From: Octopus bimaculoides
Lineage: Eukaryota
Direction of reading: 5' to 3'
Assembly (NCBI RefSeq): GCF_001194135.2
Contig: NC_068983.1
Location: forward strand, 14,763,806 to 14,827,805
DNA length: 64,000 bases
Part shown: piece after piece, positions 13,195 through 27,455 of the stretch
How the letters are laid out: the number at the start of each line of letters is the position of its first letter
Position numbering within the stretch: the stretch's first letter is position 1
The notes under the pieces: generated by a model
The model's input: only the letters and a program-made list of their open reading frames with translations
The model's database searches: none
Told to the model about the DNA's origin: nothing
Position numbers and translations under genes: made by a program

Positions 13195-13230
13195 CTTGAA
13201 ATTGTCTAAACACTTTGTGGGTACCCTGTA
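13195..13230. mobile_element. possible solitary Tc1/mariner-type terminal repeat
   Basis: GTCTAAACACTTTGTGGGTACCCTGTA reads TA-CAGGGTACCCACAAAG on the minus strand, similar to the end at 50240; no partner end found. Confidence 0.3.
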
Positions 13231-14167
13231 CTGTTTAAAGCGGTATACGATGAGCTGACCGAGAGATTTAGGTGTTATTTCTAACCCGTCAATCGATCAC
13301 ATAAAAAATTCCTTACTTTTACTTTTTTTTAATCGTATATTTGAAGCTGGTCGACTGTGATCTGATAGAGATACGGTTGTTAAATCTTACAACTCAAGTA
13401 AACCACATAGAAACTCATTTGTTGGCGCATCCTAATCTTTTTTATGCAGATTTAGCAATGTTTCACATGTGAGGTCACCATAAGAAATCGTCAGACACCA
13501 TTACGCCTAGCATGTAAAATGTTCTATGTAGGAGGATAAAATACTTTTTATTCCCCTTCACAAACTTTTTTTTTTATATACACTTACTTTGCTTCGCCCT
13601 GTTTAAATGTAAATCTAACTTTGAATGTATCCTCATATATAAATGCGTATTTTATACAATCTTTATTCTTTATCGTTTTCCTCCTTCCATTAAACTTTTA
13701 AATCCTTGCTTCCAAACACACACACAATCTCTCTCTCTCTCTTTCTTTCGCGCTTTTTACTTGTTTTGGAGTTTACTTCCTTATCTCCTCTTTCTTCCTT
13801 CTCTCGGTTTTTCTTTTCCTTTCTTAGTTTCTTCGTTTCTGTATTATTCCTTCATTTCTTTCTTCCTTGTTTATATTTTTTTCTTCAGTTTTGCCTTTTA
13901 TTTTTTTGTTCTTCTTCTTAATGTTCCATTCTAATTTTGAAGACATCTTATGGAATATTGTCAGGTTATCAATGTTTGTGCAGGAAATCAGAATGTAGAA
14001 AAATTCTTATTTCTGTATTTATACATTTCTTTCTTTGTATATTTGTTTAATTCATATTTATTACTTTTGTAACGGCTTATCAATCATAGTATATTTAATC
14101 TAATGCATCATCTGTTGCTGACAGCTATCTGCCTTCTCCGTCTCCCTCTCTCTTCCACATCCCTCTA

Positions 14168-14201
<34 letters not shown>

Positions 14202-14990
14202 ACTATCTCTCTTTCTCTTTCTCTCTCTCTCAATCCTGTACCCTATACATAAACAAATACATATTCATATATATATATATATATNNNNNNNNNNNNNNNN
14301 NNNNNNNNNNNNNNNNNNNNNNNNNNNNNNNNNNNNNNNNNNNNNNNNNNNNNNNNNNNNNNNNNNNNNNNNNNNNNNNNNNNNNNNNNNNNNNNNNNNN
14401 NNNNNNNNNNNNNNNNNNNNNNNNNNNNNNNNNNNNNNNNNNNNNNNNNNNNNNNNNNNNNNNNNNNNNNNNNNNNNNNNNNNNNNNNNNNNNNNNNNNN
14501 NNNNNNNNNNNNNNNNNNNNNNNNNNNNNNNNNNNNNNNNNNNNNNNNNNNNNNNNNNNNNNNNNNNNNNNNNNNNNNNNNNNNNNNNNNNNNNNNNNNN
14601 NNNNNNNNNNNNNNNNNNNNNNNNNNNNNNNNNNNNNNNNNNNNNNNNNNNNNNNNNNNNNNNNNNNNNNNNNNNNNNNNNNNNNNNNNNNNNNNNNNNN
14701 NNNNNNNNNNNNNNNNNNNNNNNNNNNNNNNNNNNNNNNNNNNNNNNNNNNNNNNNNNNNNNNNNNNNNNNNNNNNNNNNNNNNNNNNNNNNNNNNNNNN
14801 NNNNNNNNNNNNNNNNNNNNNNNNNNNNNNNNNNNNNNNNNNNNNNNNNNNNNNNNNNNNNNNNNNNNNNNNNNNNNATATATATATGTGTGTGTAGATA
14901 CATACTTGTATGCAAACACATATATACATGTATAGGCATACAAACATATGTAAAGGCCTATGTAAATAAATGCAAACATCAGTATGTATG

Positions 14991-15021
<31 letters not shown>

Positions 15022-18000
15022 GCAATACATACATGCAAGCATACATGGTATCAACTCCGATACAAAGAAAAAGTAAGTCCAATATACTACACATCTGTAT
15101 GTTTATTTTTGTTTGCGGTTTTTATCCATTAATGTTTATCATATTGATTCAGGGTATCTCTGCGTGGCTTGGTGTTTGCTTGTATTTCGCTCTATTCTCT
15201 TCTTGTATGCGTTCCTAAAATTGTTTGAAACAAATGTGTCGTGTATAGATTAAAGAATTGTAAAATAGAATTTAAAAACATATAGAAAGTGTGCATTTGT
15301 GATTTTTAAATTCTTTTCGAGAACTCAAACAAATACCATTTCAGGTTTGACAGGAAATCTGATTTCAGAAAACGTGGTTAATATACTTTGCAATTTCTAT
15401 CCATGGGTAAACGAAGCATATAAGCACCTATGCCTGAAGGAAATCAATTTCTTTCTTTAGCTATTCAAATAAGCCTGCGCGCTTTCGTTGTGTAATTTCA
15501 TATAATAAATGCATTGGAGTTGTAGTTGACCTTTAACGTGGATCTTCATACTTTACAGATGATGTCACTACTTAGCTTGGCCAAATGCATTGTATGTAGT
15601 TTTTTTTTATCTGTCGAATATGAAACTACTATTGTTCTATGCTGATACGTGTATAAAGGAAGCAAGGTTGCAGAGCTGAGTAAGATGTGAGATCGATAGC
15701 CGTAAGAAAGTTGGTATCACAGGAATAACAGCGTTGGCATACAGTTGAATTTACAATTTACAATGAATAATATCCAAGGGTCAAAGTTAAACTGAATAAA
15801 TGTGGAGGCAGGAAATTTGTTTGAGATTGGTAAAGCAGAATAGCCATCTAATAGGGAATAACCTGCCTCCTTTACACTTTTACTTATTCTTATCATCAAT
15901 AAATAAGAAAGCAATATAAGGTTTTACACAATAACTGGTGATGTTTTGGAAGGGAAAATGCCAAAGTAATGGCCAGGAGTTGGAGATCGGATAAAGTATT
16001 CAGATATCTGCTTCCCTTGATGTGTTTTTCTAAATAAATAACTAACAGTTAACTTTAAGGATGAAAGGGGTTTCTTTTTTTGTTTTTTTTTAATTAATAC
16101 CGATGGTGGTCAGTCTACACTACAATGCCAACACTAACGAGCCTAATGATTCAGTTTTCCCTGCCAGAACTTAGCCCCTTCCTAAATATCCATGCCAGGT
16201 GCCATCATGATTACACACCATAACTGGATAACTTACATCTGCAGAGTAATTGATACTGGATCACGTGGCATCAGTTGATTGCAGAAATGCAGAGGACAGA
16301 CTCACACCAGTTGATAAGCTCTGGCACTTATTAACCAAATCTCTAATGTCTTGTCCGTGAGTATAGGAAGACTTGAAATAAAACAGTATACTCTGATGCC
16401 TTTGACCGTCTATTTCAAGGCGGTTCCGGAGGACTGGAAATTCTGACAACTTACTGTAGCTAGGAACAGGTACCAGTAATCTTAAGTCTCTCTTATCCTT
16501 TAGCTTTCTCTCTTATTTTGTAAAATCTGTCTACACCATACTTCTGTCAAACGTCATTGCATAAAGGATTGATCTTGGATCGTGTATGGGAGAAATGCAA
16601 ATTTAGGTGATGGGAGCATTTGAAAACTTTTCCAATTTTTCTGGTCAGGAAAACATGGCTATCGACGCATTGCACATATCAACTTTCTGTAAAAATAATA
16701 AGAAGAAATGTCTACCACCCATACTTTTCACGTGAAATATACAGAGAGTAATTTATGTTGTCCGACGGATAAATCGCACCCAGATTAGAACTGCCATTAC
16801 AATATGTAAGCTGATGTACTTAAGTGAAGATATCACTGCGTTTGATGGGAGCAAGTTACTTGGAGAGGGGTCTTTTAACGGATTTTGTGTAAATATATCG
16901 TATTCTGAAAAGGTTATCCTGAGGGTAAGCACCAGCAATATGTGTCAGACTTTGTAGGTATGAAAGATCCCCTGCCTAATTTGACTCTGCAACTAGTGGG
17001 TATCAGTAAGCGAATAATGTCACATAGCATTAATCTACATAGATGACACTATGTTACCTTACTCAATGCTTGGGCAAAAACTTACACATTCAATATTGAG
17101 ACCAAAGATCGCTTCTACTACGTACGAAATTAGATCTTGAGTAAGATAGAATGCAGTAGAAATTTATACAAATTTAAATGACCTTAATGTGACATTACCG
17201 GGTTATTAGCCAATAAGGAATCATGGGATCAGAAAGGTTGATCTTAAAACTAACAGTAATGGCGTCAGGGTGTTTTATGTCAATGCCGATCACAAATCCA
17301 CTCTTATCAATACCAGCACATAGCAGAAGAATAAACCCGAAACTTCGTGGGTTCCACATGGATCTCAAAATTGACGTTTTATCGGAGACATTAGATATTT
17401 TATTTTCTGCTCATCAGAGAGATGTCGTACATTCGAGAGGTCATCAGTCGACATAAACAAAGATCGTATTCAGATATCTAGAGCAATCCTTTTCTAGATA
17501 TCTAGAGCAATCTCCAAGGCACTGGAGACTTCAGTACAACAACATCCAGAGTCTTAATAAGATATTTTCTGTCTCTTGGTGAGATAGGATTACCCAGACT
17601 GAAATGTTTCATTGAACCAACGTCAACAGTATAGAATATTTACTCTATAAACAGCAACTGAGATGACGTGAACTTTTGTGCATCACTGTTTCTCGCATCT
17701 CACGTAGAATCTTTTACGACCAGTCGGAGCTGGCCGACGCCTGCGTAAGGACCAAAGATAGATGCTGAAATGCCAGCTGAAGAACACTTTGAAAGGGAGT
17801 AATGGCAACTTTTTTAAATTGCAAGACATCGCTATACGTCGATAATTTCGACACACCTACTAAGGCATAGGGATCGATGTTGTGAAGGAGCAAAGCAGTA
17901 AATACCACAGGAAAAGAATATAATAGAGACATATACGAGGAGTTATAATTGTATATGGGACTTTTAAAACGGCTTAGATATCCGTCTTGTAACCGTGATT

Positions 18001-21000
18001 CCATGCGAAGTATTGCTATGTGTACTCGTTATTGTGAAGCAGAAGATGAGGCTGATCCCCTTCATAGGATAGGAATAACATCCAAAAGCAATTTCGCAGG
18101 GAGACATAAAACATTAAGAATACTCGTGGAAGAGTTTATTCAGTCATAGTAATAAGTTAAATCAGTGCTATGTTTGTGTTTGTAGAATGACATATATAAA
18201 GAATCGTCTTCCTGAACCTCTCCATTCGAGGAGGTTTGTTTTAGATTAACTTCGCAGGTAGTGAGGTCGTGAAAGAAATGTGATCGGTTGGGAGTGTTTG
18301 AAGTGTGATAAAAAAACTCATATGAATCCAGAAAACCTCTGAAAAGTGATGTCCAGTTATAAGAAAACAAGGATTAGTTTTTACATTTGCTTTTGTGACA
18401 CAGATACCATTCTATTAATTCGAGTAATGCATTTGATAAAACGGAGAGTGAACGAACTTTGATTACTTGTAGTAGATAGTTAACATTTAAGAATAGTAAC
18501 GAGATATATTGTTTTGAGATTTCGAGAAGAGTATTGTTAAGTAGTTCATGTTAGATGAATGGGGTGGTATTGATTTGTTCATTGTGCTATATCATAGAAA
18601 TAATTCGGATTTCGAACTATATTATATATATATTTAATAAACATATTTAAACTAATCTCAAATAAGGAGCTAGATAACATTCACGTATCAATAATAAATG
18701 AGGATTAATAACTTATCAGCAGAAGTTACTTCGTGGAGTATTTCTTTGTACGTTCTGTCATATATTAAGTATAAATTGTTTAAATGTAGAAGGTGTGAGA
18801 GTGAAGGAAGAATGAAAGATTTTCACTTGAATATTGTGAAGTATTACTTTAAAGTAATTATATCGAAAGCAAAATGGGAACTGGAAGGTAGTAACATGTC
18901 GAAATACCAAGTTGTGAGTTCATACAATTTTGAAATATATGAACCACGCCAATTAAAGGAAAGAAACTGAGACAAAAATCTAACCCTGGCCCACATGAAC
19001 ATGCTTTGAATTTTGTGGTTGTTTAAACCAAAATTATCTTTGATTTAACAAACCAAAATCAAAACTAGATGTGACCGCTCCATCTCTTTGTTTTCTGTAA
19101 AGTCTACGTAGTACTACATTATCAATTGTGCTCTTTGTTTTTCTTTATTTTCAGATACAATAATGTGATCTGAGGAAGATTTTTCTGCTATTATTAATAT
19201 CGTGGATGATGTTGCTGGCGGCGTTTAATTATTTCTTTCGCATTCAATCAATCAATTAAAATCCATTAAGTAGAGCGGCTATAGGTGCACGGCAAGAGAA
19301 GGTATCTGATACATTCTGGGCCATTAACCAACCTCATGTTTTACACCATCTTTCTCTCTTTCCAGTTCTTGATGTTCCTGAAGCAACCTTTTTACAGACC
19401 CACTTCCATACACACTACACTCCTTCAGACAAACGCACTCAAAAAAATGCTACAAGTGAAGACACGAACATGAATTTTAAAATGGGAGGAGAACTTAGAT
19501 TCCATAACTGAAATTGCATTTTTTACGTGGAATTATTACTGAAGAAGTATGATGCTTAGAAGTTTGAGAACCGAAACGTAGGTACATTACATTTACTAAA
19601 CAAAATACAGACTCTAAATACAATAAATTTTATAAATTATCAATTATATTATTAGCGTTTTCATGTCACCTAACAATGAATTCGGCAAAAAGATTTTTTT
19701 TACATTCGTCCGGATTGGGTTTCCAGAATGTTTATGATGTCAATTTATTAACATTAAAATAACGGTATTATTATAAACTATATACATACATATATATATA
19801 TATATATATANNNNNNNNNNNNNNNNNNNNNNNNNNNNNNNNNNNNNNNNNNNNNNNNNNNNNNNNNNNNNNNNNNATATTCCACAATTTTAAAGACATT
19901 TTCATAGTATTAGCATTGTATTAAATACTTATGAAATTACTGTTAAGGTTTTAAAGTTGTTAGACTTTATAAACAATCAAAATGAAAAAAAAAATCCAGT
20001 TGTGAAGGCATTTTCAAAATCATTAGTAAATATAAAAATAGTCTAAATTTACGAAGAATTGTTTTGTTAGATATTGTGTTTCATTTTTTTTCTCATTTAT
20101 TTTATTCCTTATTTTTTATGATCAATTTAATTTTATTTTTAATTTAAAAAAAACGGTAAATAAAAATTGTAGATTGAAAAACTAACGAACAAAAGAAAAA
20201 AAAAGAAAAACCCATGAATACTACGATAACAATATTTTTCTTATTAGTTTAAATGACATTGAAATGGAACAAAATAATAATGTGGGTCAAATAACGAATG
20301 AATTTATTTGAGAACCAATACATTAACAGAAGATATAAGTGTGAAAGTGTTACGTAGACAATATTAAGAGAAAAAATATTACTCGAAGTCTATGACGATA
20401 AAGGTACCTTAAAATGAAAGGCAAAGGGTCAAAATTAAAAATATGATTAGAAATATATAAGTGAATTTGTGAAAACATATGGGGATTGAAGTAATTTTCT
20501 AATAAGTTAAAGGAGTTGTATATTTTGAAGTGTTTTGTATGAGTAAAAGTAGCAGTAAAGAAGGAAAAAGTATTTAATTGAAAGATCAAATTAAATTTTA
20601 AATATAAACAACAGAGTTAAGGTGAATGAGATATATAAAAATTAATATGTAAAGGCATTATATATAAATAATTAGAAAAATGTAGAGAATATACGCATAA
20701 ATATAGCAGTGTGGGAGTAGTAAACACTGCTAAGAGCGCAAAAAAAGGATGTGTAGAAAAAATTTTAATATATTTTTGTGAGGAGCAGAAATGAAATCAT
20801 AAAACATTTAAGTTATTATTATGTAAATATGAATTAAATTATTAAAGGGGACAGGAAGGAGAATGGGATAAAAGGGGGAAAATGTAATTAGATTAAATAA
20901 ATTTAAGAATATAATTTCCAAAGTAAATTGGAGAAAGATGAAGAGATGATTTTTGATTAAGTAAAATAATAAGCTGAAATAAATGAGGGCAAAGTCTTAA

Positions 21001-21268
21001 TTAGCCGAATGTAAAGATGGAGTTACAGAAATAAATCTAAAAGTAATAGACAAGAGTATGCCGTAAAGATTTATTCAGTTTTAAAAAGCTAATGAAATGT
21101 GAGGGTAAACTGCATGAAAAATGATCCTAGGGGTTAGAAAATCAAGAAGGAATATTGATGTTAGATGGATTTAAAAACTAATTGTAATAGATATAACTAA
21201 AATTCATAGAGAGTTTTAAATAGTCAACCACTTTGTATCCGATAAATTCGTCATTAATATATCCCATA

Positions 21269-22003
21269 CGTGGTCTGATCAATAAGTATCCGGACTGTTG
21301 CCATAGTAACGAAGCTAAAATATGCACAGATTGACCTTAAGCTCTGCAGTGCAGGGGCACGACCTTTTAACGTTCTACCTCACTTCCGATGCTTATAGCA
21401 GTGCTTGGAAGGCTGGTGTGTAACTTGTGATCGTTGCATTGACCACGGCAGAAAAAAGTTTAGCAGAGAATCTTCATCAGATTTTGGCACAAACTTGGCA
21501 GACACGCATCTCATACTCGAATTTTCAGTAATAACGGACTGCGCTGAACCGTAACTAATCTGCACATCCTCACGGATGGTGATTCGACGATTTCTCCTCA
21601 CAGCTGCACGCACATCTGCGAGGATTTTCTCAAATCTGTTGTTTGCGGGTCTCCCAGAACGTACGTCAATATCGACATTTTTCGACCATCTCGTAAACAT
21701 CCGAACTATTTGTACACTTGAGTGCAGCTCATACACTCCTCTCCATACGCTTTCTGGAAATTTGCGTCGGCCTCTGAGCAAGTATCGCCGTGACGGCTTT
21801 ATCTATCATCGTAAATGTGACAATCACGTGCTACACACCTTCCTTCTAAGCACTGCTGTAAACAGCAGAAGTGAGCTAGAACGTTAAAACATTGTGCGCA
21901 TGACCAACAGATTTGATAGTCAATTTGTGCCAAGAGTATTCACTCTGCATACAGGAGCCTCATTACTATAGCAACATTACGAGTACTTATTGATCAGACC
22001 TCA
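21269..22003 (-). mobile_element. internally deleted mariner (about 735 bp) retaining the transposase N-terminus
   Basis: TIRs CGTGGTCTGATCAATAAGTA / TACTTATTGATCAGACCTCA flanked by TA; translation RSGRP..VRRNRRITIRE..ISYGSAQSVIT..SAKFVPK. Confidence 0.85.
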
Positions 22004-22125
22004 TATATACGTTTTATTACAAATTACAGGTGTATATATACGATTCATTACAAATTTGCTGTATCTGAAAAATGCTGACATATGGTTGATAAAGCGTTAA
22101 ATAGTTATATATATATATATATATA

Positions 22126-22526
22126 ACATTTTGTTTAAATTTAAGTTTCACTTTTAACTAAAGTGGTATATAGTTTTATCATATGTATTTATAGATATGA
22201 AAATTAAAAATGTAAAAATCATGTTTTTATATAATCTTATTATAGTTTTACTGAGAATACATTGTGCATGTATCCACAACGTGAACTGAAATAACAAAAG
22301 CAAAAAATGGAGATGGGAGAAAACGGCACACNNNNNNNNNNNNNNNNNNNNNNNNNNNNNNNNNNNNNNNNNNNNNNNNNNNNNNNNNNNNNNNNNNNNN
22401 NNNNNNNNNNNNNNNNNNNNNNNNNNNNNNNNNNNNNNNNNNNNNNNNNNNNNNNNNNNNNNNNNNNNNNNNNNNNNNNNNNNNNNNNNNNNNNNNNNNN
22501 NNNNNNNNNNNNNNNNNNNNNNNNNN

Positions 22527-22576
<50 letters not shown>

Positions 22577-23046
22577 TTATCTTATGATATTTACTTTACT
22601 TTATATTATACTCATTTATTGTGCTTTTAATTATTAATTTTTCTATATGTGATAGTGGATTTTCATCGATGAGTTCTTGAAAATTGGTTATTTTCCCTAA
22701 AACTATATATATTTTTTATATACTTTATCTATAAGGCTCAATTTAATTTTAATTTTTTATAAATTGATTTTAATTGAGTTTTTTACCTGTAATTTTGGAT
22801 TTTGTCCCTAATAATATTATTATATATATATATATATATAACATTTTGTTTAAATTTAAGTTTCACTTTTAACTAAAGTGGTATATAGTTTTATCATATG
22901 TATTTATAGATATGAAAATTAAAAATGTAAAAATCATGTTTTTATATAATCTTATTATAGTTTTACTGAGAATACATTGTGCATGTATCCACAACGTGAA
23001 CTGAAATAACAAAAGCAAAAAATGGAGATGGGAGAAAACGGCACAC
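22126..23046 (+). repeat. 206-bp direct duplication (22126-22331 = 22841-23046), probably an assembly artefact
   Basis: Copies read as identical, both follow (TA)n, and the first ends exactly at an N gap. Confidence 0.8.
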
Positions 23047-23800
23047 ATGTGACTTTGCGTATTTCGTATGGAATGTATTCAGTGCATAGGTTCTTACACG
23101 TGATGTGGCTAAAAGATGTGTTGTAGTAAAAGAAATAAATCATATATAACTTGTTTACGCAGCATTTCGGCTAACACGTGCTTTGTTTGGTTTTTCTATG
23201 AACTGTGAAGTGCAAGTACGGTTTAAATTAATAGGCATTTTGTTTATAACATTCCCAAAACGAGCGATATGATTTCGGTTTTTATTTTGTTGGTTGTCTA
23301 CATTTAATAAGGGTATGTGTAGCTAATGTTTCAGGTAACAATATTGGTACTGTTATAGAATAAAAGAGAATTTTTTTTTAAGAGAGGGAAAGAATTTTAA
23401 ACAAAATATGGCAAAACATAAAGTAAATACATTGTTGTTTTGATAAATGCACAAGTTTTATCGTTTTCAGAAAGTGATTCTCCTGGTAAAGTTATTGTAA
23501 ATGTTATTTGTGTTGATTTTGTTGATGTTACTGCCAGTGTAAATGCTGTTTGATGATGTAGCAGACCTATCTCAGGTTGGTAATCGTGTTTCAGACTACA
23601 CAGTATTAAAATTCAAATGTGTATATGCATATACACACACATATATATGCATATATTTACATATATACTTATACACACATTCGCACACAAATATACGTAG
23701 ACGCACTCATACACATGTATACATATGTATATGCTCATAGCTCATACATACCTACATATATATACATATTCATATATACATGTATATGATAGATCGCCAT

Positions 23801-23985
23801 GATAGATCGCTGACCACTACACACATTTCTTTCTCTCCTTGTTTCTCTCCATGTTTCTTTCTGTGGAAAAGTGTAGACTCAAAACGTTAAAGACTTTTTC
23901 AATTCCCGAGCGTTATACCAATAAACCTATTTGTTTTCTACACCACCAGTCTTCGTCTGTTGTTTTTTTGTGAATTCCCCCCCCC
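23801..23985 (+). mobile_element. probable Penelope pseudo-LTR fragment with a degenerate hammerhead motif
   Basis: CTGTGGAA-AAGT-GTAG-ACTC-AAAACG at 23861-23886 resembles the CTGANGA(A)-stem II-GAAAC motif of PLE pLTRs. Confidence 0.45.
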
Positions 23986-24743
23986 CCTATATATATATAT
24001 ATATATATATATNNNNNNNNNNNNNNNNNNNNNNNNNNNNNNNNNNNNNNNNNNNNNNNNNNNNNNNNNNNNNNNNNNNNNNNNNNNNNNNNNNNNNNNN
24101 NNNNNNNNNNNNNNNNNNNNNNNNNNNNNNNNNNNNNNNNNNNNNNNNNNNNNNNNNNNNNNNNNNNNNNNNNNNNNNNNNNNNNNNNNNNNNNNNNNNN
24201 NNNNNNNNNNNNNNNNNNNNNNNNNNNNNNNNNNNNNNNNNNNNNNNNNNNNNNNNNNNNNNNNNNNNNNNNNNNNNNNNNNNNNNNNNNNNNNNNNNNN
24301 NNNNNNNNNNNNNNNNNNNNNNNNNNNNNNNNNNNNNNNNNNNNNNNNNNNNNNNNNNNNNNNNNNNNNNNNNNNNNNNNNNNNNNNNNNNNNNNNNNNN
24401 NNNNNNNNNNNNNNNNNNNNNNNNNNNNNNNNNNNNNNNNNNNNNNNNNNNNNNNNNNNNNNNNNNNNNNNNNNNNNNNNNNNNNNNNNNNNNNNNNNNN
24501 NNNNNNNNNNNNNNNNNNNNNNNNNNNNNNNNNNNNNNNNNNNNNNNNNNNNNNNNNNNNNNNNNNNNNNNNNNNNNNNNNNNNNNNNNNNNNNNNNNNN
24601 NNNNNNNNNNNNNNNNNNNNNNNNNNNNNNNNNNNNNNNNNNNNNNNNNNNNNNNNNNNNNNNNNNNNNNNNNNNNNNNNNNNNNNNNNNNNNNNNNNNN
24701 NNNNNNNNNNNNNNNNNNNNNNNNNNNNNNNNNNNNNNNNNNN

Positions 24744-24795
<52 letters not shown>

Positions 24796-25129
24796 TGTGT
24801 GTATGTATATATGTATTCATTCATACACATGCATACGTGTATGTCTTCATTTTTATACGCATGTTTCATACATACATGCTTCCACTTAGACATACAGGAG
24901 AGCGGGTATGTCACTATACGTATATTAAGAAATACACGACTTTAGTATAAACATACTATCAGCTACATTTCTGTTTCTGTCCAATCAGAGAAGTCACTTG
25001 TGTTTATTACATCTGAGTTATCATTTAATAAAATTGTGTATTGTCGTCACCGACTGAAAGACTGTAGGCGTATATAGTCAGTGTTGTGTGTTAAGTAGAG
25101 CATAAAGCATCGAGATTTTATGTGGATTT

Positions 25130-26400
25130 GTTAATAAAATATATTTATTCTTTCAATAATGTCCAATCGTCCAGTCCCTACAATGGTAGAAAAAGATGGG
25201 AGTAAATACTTAGTTATCTCTATATTCACCCAAGGGTAGCTATCTTGTCTATGGTTCCCTGATTTGTTGGCGGTCTACCGTCATTTTTTATCCAAGTGTC
25301 ATAACCGTTTGTCTGATGTAATGTTCTCCACAACCTTTGCATGATATAATGAAGACTAGATTGTCCCACGTGTAGGCGAAATTGTTTTTAATTGTGGAAG
25401 TATGAACCTATTTGATGTAGAATTCGGGTCTCTTAAACAGGCAGCTAGATATGCCATACTTTGCATTGAAATGTTAAAGGTATGCGTATATCAATATCAT
25501 TTTAGTGAATTTGTTTGTGATTCGCTTTTTCTAATTACTTATTTTTCCTTGACGTTTTTAACCTTTTAATCCTGTAATAATAGTAGCAGCTGTAGATAGA
25601 TGTTGAAGATTTGGTTGTTGCTTTGGATAAAAACTGAAATATATTGAAATCGCATTTCTTGTCTGTTTTTTGGAATGTTGCTGTTTGAAGTTCTTAGATG
25701 TAAATTAATTTGTCTTTCTGAATTCTAAATTAATTCAGTTTTATGGAGCATTTTCATCTCATATATATGTTTTCATTTTGTTTAATCTTCGGTTTTTTGT
25801 TCTAGGGTCTGGCGCAATTGTGCATATATGTTTCGTCACACTGGACGGAATGTTGTTTTCGAGTGTGTTTAAATTCGCGCGAAGAAAAGGGGAGGCCTTG
25901 TCTTGAGTCTAGATTGTGTAAGAATGGGAGTTTATCATTGCTGAATATCACTGCGAAGTGAACATGTCGGTTTATACTGTTTATAATATAATGTTTTGGA
26001 ATTGTTAATTGTCAGTAGCTCAGTATTTTCCCCTCCATAAAATGAAACAATCGTCTAGAAACCTCTTTCAGTTTACTTGATAAAAATAACAACGCGTTAC
26101 CGGATGTGAAGCCAATGTTTTCTGTAAGACAGAACCCATCTTCAATAAAGTTCGTATCTCTGCACTCTAGTATTTCATACGTTAATAATTCAAGTTAATA
26201 TTCTAGAGCTTTGGTTCAATAATTGTGAGGAACGTTAATATATAGATTCAAAACAACAAATATGATAATATACGTATTTTCATTATTTATATGATTTAAT
26301 ATATCCAAATCAACTCGTATAAAACACTTTATGCGCTTCAGGAAGGACTTTAACGATGTGTTTCCAATGGTGATAAGATGTTTACACATTCTGCTCCTAC
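25130..26400 (-). pseudogene. Penelope-like element: degraded RT plus GIY-YIG endonuclease
   Basis: Minus strand: LYINVPH, KRFLDDCFILWRG (RT, about 26035-26067), then DNLVFIISCKGCGEHYIRQT..MTVDRQQIREP (GIY-YIG, about 25260-25365). Confidence 0.8.
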
Positions 26401-27414
26401 ACGTGTTTCATTAATTAGTTTCATTTTATTTTATCTAGTTTCAGCTCATGAGCTGTGGCCATGCTGGGGCGTTGCTTGTTCTATATTTGAAGAACGTAAA
26501 GCACTTCACTTCTTTAGAACTAGAAACATAGGAACATGACTATATTATGATTTATATATTTAATCAACAGAGTTACTCAAATCGTAGTATTAGTAGTCTT
26601 CGTGGTAGTATTACTACTATGACCCAGCAGCTATAAGGAGAAAGCCACCAACCAGTACCGTATGAATTTCCTGAAATCATATCATGAGAGATTAATTTAA
26701 TTTATTTCAGTATATTTTCCTTCTCTCCCATCATGCAGAAATCGTCTTTAAAATGACTGGGACGGCTGGCATATTCTTAAAAATCGTATAACTATTTTAT
26801 ATATTTGTCCATAATAAAGTTCTGAGATCATATTCTTCATACATTTACAAGTGTGAAAACTATTTGCCTTTCAATATGAATGTACATACATATATATACA
26901 TACATACATACAAACATACATACATACATATATATATNNNNNNNNNNNNNNNNNNNNNNNNNNNNNNNNNNNNNNNNNNNNNNNNNNNNNNNNNNNNNNN
27001 NNNNNNNNNNNNNNNNNNNNNNNNNNNNNNNNNNNNNNNNNNNNNNNNNNNNNNNNNNNNNNNNNNNNNNNNNNNNNNNNNNNNNNNNNNNNNNNNNNNN
27101 NNNNNNNNNNNNNNNNNNNNNNNNNNNNNNNNNNNNNNNNNNNNNNNNNNNNNNNNNNNNNNNNNNNNNNNNNNNNNNNNNNNNNNNNNNNNNNNNNNNN
27201 NNNNNNNNNNNNNNNNNNNNNNNNNNNNNNNNNNNNNNNNNNNNNNNNNNNNNNNNNNNNNNNNNNNNNNNNNNNNNNNNNNNNNNNNNNNNNNNNNNNN
27301 NNNNNNNNNNNNNNNNNNNNNNNNNNNNNNNNNNNNNNNNNNNNNNNNNNNNNNNNNNNNNNNNNNNNNNNNNNNNNNNNNNNNNNNNNNNNNNNNNNNN
27401 NNNNNNNNNNNNNN

Positions 27415-27455
<41 letters not shown>

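Noticed and set aside
13455-13500. Minus-strand CTGACGA..GAAAC hammerhead-like spacing
   Set aside because: No pairing stem II between the two motifs.
22126-23046. 206-bp exact duplication as a biological tandem repeat
   Set aside because: Identical copies, one ending at a gap and both starting at (TA)n, point to a contig misjoin.
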